DNA of 64,000 bases, from positions 32,001-96,000 of IMG/VR virus record IMGVR_UViG_3300028571_000013, one strand, 5' to 3'. Both the position numbers and the translations under genes were made by a program. Source of the stretch: a virus. Numbering within the stretch: position 1 is the stretch's first letter; each line of letters opens with the position of its first letter. Positions 1 through 7,304 of the stretch are shown one piece after another. The notes under the pieces are model-generated. The model saw nothing but the letters and a program-made list of their open reading frames with translations. It ran no database searches and was not told the DNA's origin.

Positions 1-546
1 ACAATTACAAACCCCATAACTATCAACATAGTTGTCATCATCAGCATCGTAATCAAACTCTCCATAAATATCTGCAACCCATGAACTGAAACTTTCAACC
101 CCAAGGTCGATAGCAACCGGAACCCATGAACCCCTGCGTCGAACATAACCAAAATTACCCTTATGGCTATCGTTATAGTCTAGTCCATGTTCATTCAAGT
201 CATAAACTAATTCAGAAATAGTAGTACCATTACTACATTCACTCTGAAAACATTCACCATCACAATTTTCATCATCATGACACACCGGCATAGGTTTAGC
301 AACTTCGGTCAAATAACCATAAGCAGTTAATTCCCCATCGTGTCTACGAATCATACCAACATCCCCATATACCATAGGGGCCAAATCAAATTGAGCCAGA
401 TGCTTTTGAACCCGATGGGCAAACTCGGCCTCTTGTTTATTCTCAAACTCTTTGAAGCCCACACGCTTCCGGCCAATCTTCTTATCTTTGATAATATAGA
501 AAGCATTTTTACTTCCTGCATCATCATACAATCCAACGTAGCTCAT
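1..546 (-). CDS. Protein kinase-like fold protein (3'-truncated by window edge; absent from ORF track)
   Basis: Manual translation from ATG at 546: MSYVGLYDDAGSKNAFYIIKDKKIGRKRVGFKEF...AHRVQKHLAQFDLAPMVYG...YNDSHKGNFG...VAIDLG. Shows a beta3 Lys, a DxHxxN catalytic loop and a DLG (DFG-like) motif. Open to position 1. Confidence 0.7.
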   Translation of the reverse strand, partial: MSYVGLYDDAGSKNAFYIIKDKKIGRKRVGFKEFENKQEAEFAHRVQKHLAQFDLAPMVYGDVGMIRRHDGELTAYGYLTEVAKPMPVCHDDENCDGECFQSECSNGTTISELVYDLNEHGLDYNDSHKGNFGYVRRRGSWVPVAIDLGVESFSSWVADIYGEFDYDADDDNYVDSYGVCNC

Positions 547-557
547 ACCAATTCCTT

Positions 558-1271
558 TCAATGATTTAAAAACAAAACATTCGCAAGCCCCTTGACGCAG
601 AGATTACATTCTATCGAATCTTTCGTCCCGGTGCAAGTGACACCACCAGCTTGTCGGCCCCGTCGCATTTCTGGACAAGTGACATATCGTTCATCGTCGA
701 TAATAGCAAGTTTGGGGAGAGATTTTCTCCACGCTTCGATCTTAGCTTTTCCTCTTGGCTTTTTGGTACTGTAGACATTAGCAGTGTCACACCATGCGAA
801 ATATTTGAATCCCGCTCGACTTGCTGCCTCTTTATGATCTCGATTATGAACACTAGCATATACCACCATATACTTTCCAAGCATGGTAATAATCCGTTCA
901 TCGTAGATATGAGTATAGACCCACATCTCTGGGAGAGTCTTACCATCGGCAAGAATACTCTCACAAGCCCACACGATATTCTGGACATATTCAATATCCA
1001 GTTCATTGTTTTTCATGAAATCTCCGCGTTCGTGATAGCGGATAGCAACATTTTTCTTGATAGCTTCCAGAATCATAGCACGAATCAGATTCTTGTCTGT
1101 AATGATATTTCGCAAACCAACAGCCCGACTATTCTTGAAAAGATTTTCCGTAGCTTCGGCATAACAGCCGTCGCCCAAGAAATCGCAAGATGGAGGACAA
1201 GTATCGCCCACCGCACGACTCACGACCAAACAACCGTCACCCAACTTCTCATTACCCTTACTGAACTGCAT
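558..1271 (-). CDS. Gp88-like Cys-rich (radical-SAM-related fold) phage protein
   Basis: GNEKLG, TCPxxCxxxxxxCYA, IRYHERGDF, WVYTH, YASV and C-terminal CP..C..CxxC motifs resemble the phage Gp88 family. AGGAG RBS and its own sigma70 promoter. Confidence 0.6.
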   Translation of the reverse strand: MQFSKGNEKLGDGCLVVSRAVGDTCPPSCDFLGDGCYAEATENLFKNSRAVGLRNIITDKNLIRAMILEAIKKNVAIRYHERGDFMKNNELDIEYVQNIVWACESILADGKTLPEMWVYTHIYDERIITMLGKYMVVYASVHNRDHKEAASRAGFKYFAWCDTANVYSTKKPRGKAKIEAWRKSLPKLAIIDDERYVTCPEMRRGRQAGGVTCTGTKDSIECNLCVKGLANVLFLNH

Positions 1272-1296
1272 AGCGTTTTCTCCTAGTGATACCTGG

Positions 1297-1325
1297 ATTG
1301 TATACCATTAGTATCGGAGTGTCAA
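1297..1325 (-). promoter_or_regulatory. sigma70-type early promoter
   Basis: TTGACA-N17-TACAAT on the minus strand, CGATA in the spacer. Confidence 0.85.
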
Positions 1326-1355
1326 GAGATAATCTTGAAGAAATTATGTTTTGAT

Positions 1356-1435
1356 GCAAACCCTTGTGGCATAAGCACTTACGACGCGGCGGGCCGCCCG
1401 GCTTTGCTCTAAGTCTTTACTGGCAAAGAGTTTAC
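1356..1435. repeat. 80-bp double-palindrome element, copy 1
   Basis: gcaaaccctt-N7-aagcacttac / 26-bp GC-rich linker / ctaagtcttt-N7-aagagtttac. Confidence 0.9.
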
Positions 1436-1441
1436 AACAAA

Positions 1442-1515
1442 CGAGAGTGACGGGACTCGAACCCGCAACCTTCGGCTTGACAAGCCGACGATCTAACCAA
1501 TTGATCTACACCCCC
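1442..1515 (-). tRNA. tRNA-Asp(GTC)
   Basis: Cloverleaf: acceptor GGGGGTG/CACTCTC, anticodon arm TCGGC-TTGTCAA-GCCGA, T-arm GCGGG-TTCGAGT-CCCGT. No encoded CCA. Confidence 0.9.
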
Positions 1516-1520
1516 AACAA

Positions 1521-1594
1521 TAACCCCGGAGGGACTCGAACCCCCAACCTAGCGGATAGAAGCCGCTCGCTCTATCCAATTGAGCTACGGAGTC
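1521..1594 (-). tRNA. tRNA-Arg(TCT)
   Basis: Cloverleaf: acceptor GACTCCG/CGGGGTT, anticodon arm AGCGG-CTTCTAT-CCGCT, T-loop TTCGAGT. No encoded CCA. Confidence 0.9.
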
Positions 1595-1604
1595 GTCTCG
1601 TCAA

Positions 1605-1643
1605 TACCGCAAGCCCCCACAGCGTCCTGTGGAGGCTCGCAGT
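1605..1643 (-). other. GC-rich hairpin between ORF 1666-1926 and the tRNAs (terminator or processing signal)
   Basis: Minus strand actgcgagcctccacag-gacg-ctgtgggggcttgcggt forms a long imperfect stem. Confidence 0.5.
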
Positions 1644-1665
1644 CATTATAACTCCTTAGAGTCTA

Positions 1666-1926
1666 TCACGCAACCGCTTCCGCTGTTGCCTTACCAGACT
1701 TCGTTGCCTTGTGGCCGTCACCGGCCTCCTTGACACCGATCCCGAACTTACGGTTACGGGCAACCTTCCAACCCTGCTCACTATACTCCTTCACGCCATC
1801 GGCCTTGACGAGAGCAAGAGTCTCGCTCGGCAGACCATCAGCAAGAGCCTGACGCAGCGTATCTTCCACCACATCCGTATCAAGAACATCCGAAGCAATC
1901 GTCACGTTGAAACTAAAAGCCTTCAT
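1666..1926 (-). CDS. Hypothetical protein (86 aa)
   Basis: GGAGG RBS; two tandem sigma70 promoters upstream. Confidence 0.8.
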   Translation of the reverse strand: MKAFSFNVTIASDVLDTDVVEDTLRQALADGLPSETLALVKADGVKEYSEQGWKVARNRKFGIGVKEAGDGHKATKSGKATAEAVA

Positions 1927-1976
1927 AATATAAAACCTCCAAAGTAATTGTAAAACTAACTCAATCGTACGGTATC

Positions 1977-2005
1977 AGTATACGCTACTAATACTCACTT
2001 GTCAA
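1977..2005 (-). promoter_or_regulatory. sigma70-type promoter
   Basis: TTGACA-N17-TATACT. Confidence 0.8.
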
Positions 2006-2066
2006 GTCCGTCGTGATGGTTTCTTATGTTGTGCATCGTCGTGGGGTCTTGACTTGTGATACTCTC

Positions 2067-2095
2067 ATTCTACAGTATAGTATCGTCATTGTCAA
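2067..2095 (-). promoter_or_regulatory. sigma70-type early promoter
   Basis: TTGACA-N17-TAGAAT, CGATA in the spacer. Confidence 0.85.
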
Positions 2096-2135
2096 GGGCG
2101 AACTTGAGCGTTGTTGAAAGATTTTTGATTTTGTC

Positions 2136-2215
2136 CTAAGTTGTTTGGTAGTAAGGACTTACGTCAAATTCGGCCGCCCCGCCTCGCCCTAAGTTCTTTA
2201 GGGACAAGGCTTTAG
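2136..2215. repeat. 80-bp double-palindrome element, copy 2
   Basis: ctaagttgtt-N7-aaggacttac / 26 bp / ctaagttctt-N7-aaggctttag. Confidence 0.9.
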
Positions 2216-2216
2216 G

Positions 2217-2591
2217 TCAAGAGAGAAAACCCTCGCAACCCAAGGTGGTCAACTCACGAAGCAAAGCCTCTGCCGCTTCTGGCGTTTTCAGAGTCATACT
2301 CTGCTTGGTGTTCTCTGGGGCAGGATACCACTTGTCGTACTTCCAGCCACCAACCAGATAATCACTCCAATCTTTGGCCTCTTTGAGACCCCATCCGGTG
2401 TGCAGTCGGATAGCCTTGATGCAGTGGATACGGTTATCCAGAGTCATACCGCCCGTGATGGTCACCATACGACGCTGGTTCACACCCAGTGCCACTTCCA
2501 ACGAACAAACAATCTTCTCGAACATATCCAGACTGCAACCATTAGCAATCATGTTCAACGACTCACGCACGCTCATTTCGATTTTGATCAT
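2217..2591 (-). CDS. Ribosomal protein bL12 (L7/L12) C-terminal-domain-like protein
   Basis: RIHCIKAIRLHTGWGLKEAKD matches the bL12 CTD motif KIxVIKxVRxxTGLGLKEAKD; the C-terminal EAAEALLRELTTLG also fits. Confidence 0.7.
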   Translation of the reverse strand: MIKIEMSVRESLNMIANGCSLDMFEKIVCSLEVALGVNQRRMVTITGGMTLDNRIHCIKAIRLHTGWGLKEAKDWSDYLVGGWKYDKWYPAPENTKQSMTLKTPEAAEALLRELTTLGCEGFLS

Positions 2592-3072
2592 AAATTCCAA
2601 AACTTTCTGTATACTTAGGGTCTATGTCGTAAACGCTGTCAAAATTTTCTTCGTGTTCTTCCAGAATATGCACCTGTCGCCCATCCGTCACCAGACTAGC
2701 ATACTCACTATCATCCCACACAAACTGTCCATCGTCACTTTCCCTACGCCAATGTATATCTTTGATTGGGTTATAATACAACTTTTCAAGATTGTCAATA
2801 GGCAAAGTTGGATAAAAATCCTTGCGAATCATCACTTCTTCACACTGCACCCACCCACTCACATTCTTCTTCTGTTTTTTGTTCACATACCTTGCCCGAG
2901 CAACCTTATTGACCAGCTTACAGCCCCTCATCTCCAACTGGTATTCGGTCGGATCGACATAAAATTGGTCAACCCTTTTCTTTCCTTGCATAACATTAAC
3001 TTGCCATTTCCGGTAATTTTTACCGTTAAGCAAATGAAACCGTACTTCAGCGTGTGGTTCAACCTTTTTCAT
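2563..3072 (-). CDS. Hypothetical protein
   Basis: Long ORF coupled to its neighbours; start taken at MKKVEPH after GAGG. Confidence 0.75.
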   Translation of the reverse strand: MKKVEPHAEVRFHLLNGKNYRKWQVNVMQGKKRVDQFYVDPTEYQLEMRGCKLVNKVARARYVNKKQKKNVSGWVQCEEVMIRKDFYPTLPIDNLEKLYYNPIKDIHWRRESDDGQFVWDDSEYASLVTDGRQVHILEEHEENFDSVYDIDPKYTESFGIYDQNRNERA

Positions 3073-3311
3073 TTTCCTCTCCCGATAACAATGCAATTGA
3101 CAGGCTGATCTCCAACCATATCGCTATAATATGCTGCGTGTCGTCCATTATACCAATAAAACTTCTCTTGTCCATCCCAGTTGTCGTTTTCAACAAGCGT
3201 GGAAGTACAGATATTTGGGTTGTCGTAACCACCCTCGTAGCCAGGAATCACCACCATGCTATCCTGTGGCACCATCTTCAGTTCTTCGATCAGTTCAGCA
3301 ACAGTCATCAT
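3069..3311 (-). CDS. Hypothetical phage protein (MTVxELIEEL family)
   Basis: MTVAELIEELKMVPQDSMVVIPGYEGG is a typical small phage protein N-terminus; first gene after a promoter. Confidence 0.8.
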   Translation of the reverse strand: MMTVAELIEELKMVPQDSMVVIPGYEGGYDNPNICTSTLVENDNWDGQEKFYWYNGRHAAYYSDMVGDQPVNCIVIGRGK

Positions 3312-3332
3312 ATTCCCTTTCGTGTTACCACT

Positions 3333-3361
3333 ATCTTACACTACTATTATCGACAAGTCAA
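3333..3361 (-). promoter_or_regulatory. sigma70-type early promoter
   Basis: TTGACT-N17-TAAGAT, CGATA in the spacer. Confidence 0.75.
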
Positions 3362-3390
3362 GAGATAATCTTGAAAAAATATGGCTAAAC

Positions 3391-3470
3391 GTAAAGTCTT
3401 TGTAGATAAGGACTTATGACGAATCCGGCCGGTCGCCCTTGAGCTAAGTACTTTAGCAGCAAGGACTTAT
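3391..3470. repeat. 80-bp double-palindrome element, copy 3
   Basis: gtaaagtctt-N7-aaggacttat / 26 bp / ctaagtactt-N7-aaggacttat. Confidence 0.9.
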
Positions 3471-3471
3471 G

Positions 3472-3726
3472 TCAACCACTAGGATAATCGGGTGGGTAAG
3501 GCTGTTCTGGTGGAGGCGGTTTGGTCTGTCCCTCATCGGACTGCCACCAAGGGGCATCCATACGATCTACGACACCGGGAGCTTCATGACAGAATATACG
3601 GTGTGGACTAAAAGGATCGTTCTCACAGTAAGAATACTCACCAGCCCACACGCCAATATACTCACCATAATACCAGATACCTTGACCATGTTCTGGTTTA
3701 CGATCAAAGAAACTAATCCATTCCAT
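3472..3726 (-). CDS. Hypothetical protein (MEWIS..., DUF551-like start, Pro-rich tail)
   Basis: Start taken at MEWISFFDRKP after AGGA; the stop abuts element copy 3. Confidence 0.7.
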   Translation of the reverse strand: MEWISFFDRKPEHGQGIWYYGEYIGVWAGEYSYCENDPFSPHRIFCHEAPGVVDRMDAPWWQSDEGQTKPPPPEQPYPPDYPSG

Positions 3727-3728
3727 TA

Positions 3729-3893
3729 TTATATCCTCATTGCCATCTTTTCCCAAACTTCGATCAAATCTCTAACAGTTATACCATGAACTTCTGCTAA
3801 AGTCAATGCTTCTTCTTTATTGGGCTTACACACAACCATCATGGCACTTTTCAAAACCTTCAAAACCTTAATGATTGCCTCATCTTTAGTCAT
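3729..3893 (-). CDS. Small hypothetical protein (54 aa)
   Basis: Manual translation MTKDEAIIKVLKVLKSAMMVVCKPNKEEALTLAEVHGITVRDLIEVWEKMAMRI; AAGGAG RBS. Confidence 0.65.
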   Translation of the reverse strand: MTKDEAIIKVLKVLKSAMMVVCKPNKEEALTLAEVHGITVRDLIEVWEKMAMRI

Positions 3894-3913
3894 CTCTTCT
3901 CCTTTGTATTAAA

Positions 3914-4143
3914 CGTGGCGAGGACGCGACCCCCATAAATTGGCATTACTATCTAGTGCGTAACCAGCACCATCAGCCCCATCGCTGCCGCGACATGCGG
4001 GGCTTATCGTAATGAGTTACCCAACCTAGTCCAAGGCATAGACCCACGAGTTTTGTATTGTAAAGCAGATAGGGTTGAGCCATACTCGACAGCCATTTAA
4101 CCGTGGCTTCTTTGATATCATTCTGCCAGCGGCCCTCATCTGC
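3914..4143 (-). ncRNA. Candidate structured non-coding RNA(s)
   Basis: Three-way junction at 3940-4024 (CATTAC/GTAATG, AGCCCC/GGGGCT capped by TCGC-GGCA-GCGA, GTGC/GCAC). A second closed domain at 4065-4143 (GCAGAT-AGGG/CCCT-ATCTGC). Confidence 0.35.
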
Positions 4144-4161
4144 TTGTTTTTTAAATATACC

Positions 4162-4368
4162 CTATAGTTTTCCTTTGTCAAGCCCTCTTCGCCTAATTTC
4201 ATCTGCACAATAGCAGATTTCATCCGTATAGTATCCATAATTGGATTGATCAGGCCATGCTTTTAAAACTTCCTTACAGTCATTAATAGTGAACAAAAGC
4301 TCAGAATGGGTCATTTTCTTGACCTTGCGAGCATAAGCAGCATGATCCATAAACTTAGTAGCAAACAT
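4162..4368 (-). CDS. Hypothetical protein (68 aa)
   Basis: GGAGG RBS; promoter at 4389-4417. Confidence 0.8.
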   Translation of the reverse strand: MFATKFMDHAAYARKVKKMTHSELLFTINDCKEVLKAWPDQSNYGYYTDEICYCADEIRRRGLDKGKL

Positions 4369-4388
4369 AAATCCTCCAGTGTTTCTGA

Positions 4389-4417
4389 ATTCTACCCTAT
4401 CAAAGACTCTTTGTCAA
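4389..4417 (-). promoter_or_regulatory. sigma70-type promoter
   Basis: TTGACA-N17-TAGAAT. Confidence 0.8.
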
Positions 4418-4464
4418 GCCCCGACTATTGGCTGACTAAACCCATCCAGCCCGACCCCGTAGGG

Positions 4465-4614
4465 TTAGGCGGGACAAACACGAGAGATGCGTTCAAGCAT
4501 CAAATTCTTCCCGTATAGCTTTTCGGCCATAGCCAGGGCATGATAAGTGCTATATGCTTCCACATAGCCCACAATCTTATTACCCTTCATTACCATATAG
4601 GTATCGGTATTCAT
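4465..4614 (-). CDS. Small hypothetical protein (MNTDTY...)
   Basis: ATGA overlap with the upstream ORF; GGAGG RBS. Confidence 0.7.
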   Translation of the reverse strand: MNTDTYMVMKGNKIVGYVEAYSTYHALAMAEKLYGKNLMLERISRVCPA

Positions 4615-4880
4615 ACTTCCTCCTCCTCTGATCCTGCAAACATCTCTTCCCAATCTTGAGCATCAAACCCTGTTTTGAGAATCTCACGATCATCAGCACC
4701 AAGATACGGGAAGCAATTCTGAATCAAACCACCATTCAGCCACTCGTTAGCATCACTGAGTTTGGTTGCAATACAGAATGGACGACCACCAACACTGTAG
4801 CCGCTGAACCTAATCATATCGCCTTCCACAGTGCGAGTCACAGTATCTCTCAAAGCATACGGTTTACCGAGCATAAACAT
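4611..4880 (-). CDS. Hypothetical phage protein
   Basis: WLNGGLIQNCFPYLGADDREILKTG is a motif typical of small phage early proteins; AAGGAG RBS. Confidence 0.8.
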   Translation of the reverse strand: MFMLGKPYALRDTVTRTVEGDMIRFSGYSVGGRPFCIATKLSDANEWLNGGLIQNCFPYLGADDREILKTGFDAQDWEEMFAGSEEEEV

Positions 4881-4907
4881 CTTCTTTTTCTCCTTTTGAT
4901 TCCCTGT

Positions 4908-4936
4908 ATTCTACACTACTATTATCGGCCTGTCAA
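4908..4936 (-). promoter_or_regulatory. sigma70-type early promoter
   Basis: TTGACA-N17-TAGAAT, CGATA in the spacer. Confidence 0.85.
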
Positions 4937-4966
4937 GAGGAAAAACTTGAGGAATAAAAGATTGTC

Positions 4967-5046
4967 GTAAAGTGTTGGGGCATAAAGACTTACGACGACG
5001 CGGGCCGGCCGACCTCGCCCTAAGTCCTTTGGTGCCAAAGGGTTAG
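4967..5046. repeat. 80-bp double-palindrome element, copy 4
   Basis: gtaaagtgtt-N7-aaagacttac / 26 bp / ctaagtcctt-N7-aaagggttag. Confidence 0.9.
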
Positions 5047-5081
5047 GGGTTGGTCAGTTAGTAGGCAGAGACTGCTAGTTT

Positions 5082-5486
5082 TTAGAACAGGTTAGCAAAC
5101 CCGCTCTTGAACAAAGCACCAGCCAGCAACGGCTTTCGGCACTTCGTTACACGCTCTGCATAGAAATTACGCACCTTACCATCCGCAGTCCGACACGTTA
5201 CCAGATTACTGGTACGGATAAACTCAGGATCATTGATACGATACCGACTCTTGCGATTCAGTCTCGCAATCTGGTCAGCAGTCAACGTCTGCTTACCGAT
5301 CACCTTAGCAAGAAAACGCTCATGCGTTCCGTGCAACGGCTGCTCGTAAACAAAGTTATAGACTTGACCCTCTTGAGCATTCGCCAAACTAGCCTTCGAT
5401 CCACCATAGACCGAATAGAAGACGAAACCCACAACAGCAGCGGCAACAGCCGCAAGAATCGAACCAAACAAAATCACATCGTTCAT
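5082..5486 (-). CDS. Membrane-anchored hypothetical protein
   Basis: N-terminal hydrophobic helix (ILFGSILAAVAAAVVGFVFYSVY) followed by a soluble domain. Confidence 0.75.
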   Translation of the reverse strand: MNDVILFGSILAAVAAAVVGFVFYSVYGGSKASLANAQEGQVYNFVYEQPLHGTHERFLAKVIGKQTLTADQIARLNRKSRYRINDPEFIRTSNLVTCRTADGKVRNFYAERVTKCRKPLLAGALFKSGFANLF

Positions 5487-5531
5487 AGAAACCCTTTCAA
5501 ATTGAAAATCGATCACAACATCCATACGCCA

Positions 5532-5632
5532 AGTCTACACTAATTATCGTCATTTGTCAAGCGGGAACTTTAGAAAAATTTTCTTCCCTTTCTTGTATAC
5601 GTCATTCTACTATAGAGTATCGTCAATTGCAA
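5532..5632 (-). promoter_or_regulatory. Two tandem sigma70-type promoters
   Basis: TTGACA-N17-TAGACT (5532-5560) and TTGCAA-N17-TAGAAT (5604-5632), both with CGATA in the spacer. Confidence 0.8.
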
Positions 5633-5670
5633 GGGGTAATCTTGAATCTTACAAGATTGTAAGGATCGAC

Positions 5671-5750
5671 GTAAAGTGTTGATGCATAAGGACTTACGTC
5701 AAATGAGGCCCGCCCCGTCGGCCCTAAGTGCTTACGCACAAAGGGTTTAC
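5671..5750. repeat. 80-bp double-palindrome element, copy 5
   Basis: gtaaagtgtt-N7-aaggacttac / 26 bp / ctaagtgctt-N7-aagggtttac. Confidence 0.9.
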
Positions 5751-5769
5751 GACGAGGGATGAGAGATGT

Positions 5770-6000
5770 TTACTCAAAATCAACAAAGATGATTTGAGCA
5801 TAGCCACGAGGCTTAACGGTATAGCCGTCGCCATAGTCATAGGTTTCAGACTTGACCGCTGTCATACCGGCCAGAGCCTTAGCCTTACGAACAACACTAC
5901 GCTGAGAAGCATTCTTCTTGGGAATGAACTCATAACGATTCACCCAACCAAAGTTAGCTTCACCACCATAGGTATCGGTATGTGTAACGACGCACTTCAT
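5770..6000 (-). CDS. Hypothetical phage protein (TDTYGGEANFGWV motif)
   Basis: ORF with AAGGA RBS and ATGA overlap with the upstream ORF. Confidence 0.8.
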   Translation of the reverse strand: MKCVVTHTDTYGGEANFGWVNRYEFIPKKNASQRSVVRKAKALAGMTAVKSETYDYGDGYTVKPRGYAQIIFVDFE

Positions 6001-6134
6001 TTAACAAGTTCCTTTGCTTTCATGGTTTCAAGATACAACTGTTCCAACATCTTCACACGATTCATCGCACGAACAGCTTCACGATTCATAAGTATAACCG
6101 CTTTCTGGTGTGCTGTCAATGGTTTCTTTTTCAT
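5997..6134 (-). CDS. Small basic hypothetical protein (45 aa)
   Basis: Manual translation MKKKPLTAHQKAVILMNREAVRAMNRVKMLEQLYLETMKAKELVK; contains an internal TTGACA-N17-TATACT (6091-6119). Confidence 0.6.
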   Translation of the reverse strand: MKKKPLTAHQKAVILMNREAVRAMNRVKMLEQLYLETMKAKELVK

Positions 6135-6147
6135 CTTACTAACTCTC

Positions 6148-6405
6148 TCAATCTTCATAAGGCCCATCCTCGTTATAGTCTACGAATCCTACAGCCTCAT
6201 CGGCGTGGAAATCTTCTACTCCGTCGTCACCATAGTAGCCATATGATTCGTCCAAACCCCATCCACATGACTCGAACGCAGATTCAGCATCACCATCCAT
6301 ACTATCATCAAACGAATCATCCTCAACCTCATAATCAGAAAGGTCGGTGTCCATGCACTCGCCGTAGAAATCTTCAACATCGTCATACTCGTAGCTCATG
6401 GTCAA
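6148..6405 (-). CDS. Extremely acidic small protein (possible DNA mimic)
   Basis: 32 of 85 residues are D/E, with no K or R; promoter TTGACG-N17-TATACT at 6475-6503. Confidence 0.7.
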   Translation of the reverse strand: MTMSYEYDDVEDFYGECMDTDLSDYEVEDDSFDDSMDGDAESAFESCGWGLDESYGYYGDDGVEDFHADEAVGFVDYNEDGPYED

Positions 6406-6465
6406 TCCCTCACAATGGTAGTAACGTAGAACAAACCGACATAACCCACAACAAAAGCAATTGCA

Positions 6466-6627
6466 CTAAGCATTAGTATACTCCTCGGGAACAAATTCGT
6501 CAATGACACCCACAACATCGGCCCAATCCCAAAAATTGACTTCTACGCTCGGGTCACCGATAGGCTCAACAATACCCGCTTCGGCCATGTCATTCAGAAT
6601 AGCATTGATCTCGTCGAAGTTCAGCAT
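6466..6627 (-). CDS. Small acidic hypothetical protein (53 aa)
   Basis: Manual translation MLNFDEINAILNDMAEAGIVEPIGDPSVEVNFWDWADVVGVIDEFVPEEYTNA; AAGGA RBS. Confidence 0.7.
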   Translation of the reverse strand: MLNFDEINAILNDMAEAGIVEPIGDPSVEVNFWDWADVVGVIDEFVPEEYTNA

Positions 6628-6665
6628 GATTCTGTTCCTTGGTGGTTTCCGTTCGTGATGTTGGT

Positions 6666-6694
6666 ATTCTACACTTATTATCGGCTAGTGTCAA
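6666..6694 (-). promoter_or_regulatory. sigma70-type early promoter
   Basis: TTGACA-N17-TAGAAT, CGATA in the spacer. Confidence 0.85.
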
Positions 6695-6757
6695 GCAGCA
6701 ACTTGGGAAATTCCAGAATATAATTTCATGCCAAAGATGAAAAATCTTTTAGTTGAC

Positions 6758-6837
6758 GTAAAGTGTTGTGGGATAAGCACTTAGGACACGGCGGGCCGGC
6801 CGGTCTCGACGTAAGTCCTTACTGGTGAAGGAGATAC
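6758..6837. repeat. 80-bp double-palindrome element, copy 6
   Basis: gtaaagtgtt-N7-aagcacttag / 26 bp / gtaagtcctt-N7-aaggagatac. Confidence 0.9.
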
Positions 6838-7007
6838 GTCAAGCCACACCCTAGAAGAAAACACATCCCTAATAGAATATAATCACTGATTTTCATCATT
6901 TTCCTCCATATACATGATATTTGACATACTAGCATAAAGAATAATGCCGCAAATATAACCAAAGGCAACACTGATAAAATCAAACTGATACATCCCTGTA
7001 TCTCCAT
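6819..7007 (-). CDS. Small membrane protein
   Basis: Two hydrophobic segments; the 3' end runs into element copy 6. Confidence 0.5.
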   Translation of the reverse strand: MEIQGCISLILSVLPLVIFAALFFMLVCQISCIWRKMMKISDYILLGMCFLLGCGLTYLLHQ

Positions 7008-7020
7008 TTTGTTTAAGTGG

Positions 7021-7215
7021 TCAATCCCCGTATCCGACCCAGAAATCATCACCCTTATCATTCTTCATAAGAGTATAACCCCTAGACTTCATATTCTCAT
7101 ACTCATTGATTCGTTGCCAAACTTCACAGAGAGTTTCCATAACTTTAAGGAAAGCCCCCATAACCCACACAAACGGATATTCGATCATTCTCATAATTTG
7201 CTCCTTCTGCACCAT
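7021..7215 (-). CDS. Hypothetical protein
   Basis: ORF downstream of promoter TTGACG-N17-TAGAAT (7214-7242); true start probably MRMIEY after AAGGAG. Confidence 0.65.
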   Translation of the reverse strand: MVQKEQIMRMIEYPFVWVMGAFLKVMETLCEVWQRINEYENMKSRGYTLMKNDKGDDFWVGYGD

Positions 7216-7304
7216 TCTATACTATTGTTATCGGTTCGTCAAGGGCTCTGACTTTAGGCTGACTATACCCACCTTACCCAAATCCGGAGGATTAGGAGAG
7301 ACTG

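Noticed and set aside
1447-1659. 70-aa ORF MTGLEPATFGL...
   Set aside because: Typical antisense translation of tRNA genes.
3914-4024. tRNA/tmRNA-like end (...CCTCGCCA) or hammerhead ribozyme
   Set aside because: No TTCGA T-loop or cloverleaf; CUGAUGA and GAAA cores are not both present. Kept only as an unassigned structured RNA.
6718-6733. Fourth sigma54 site (TGGCAT on the minus strand)
   Set aside because: The -12 TTGC box is missing.
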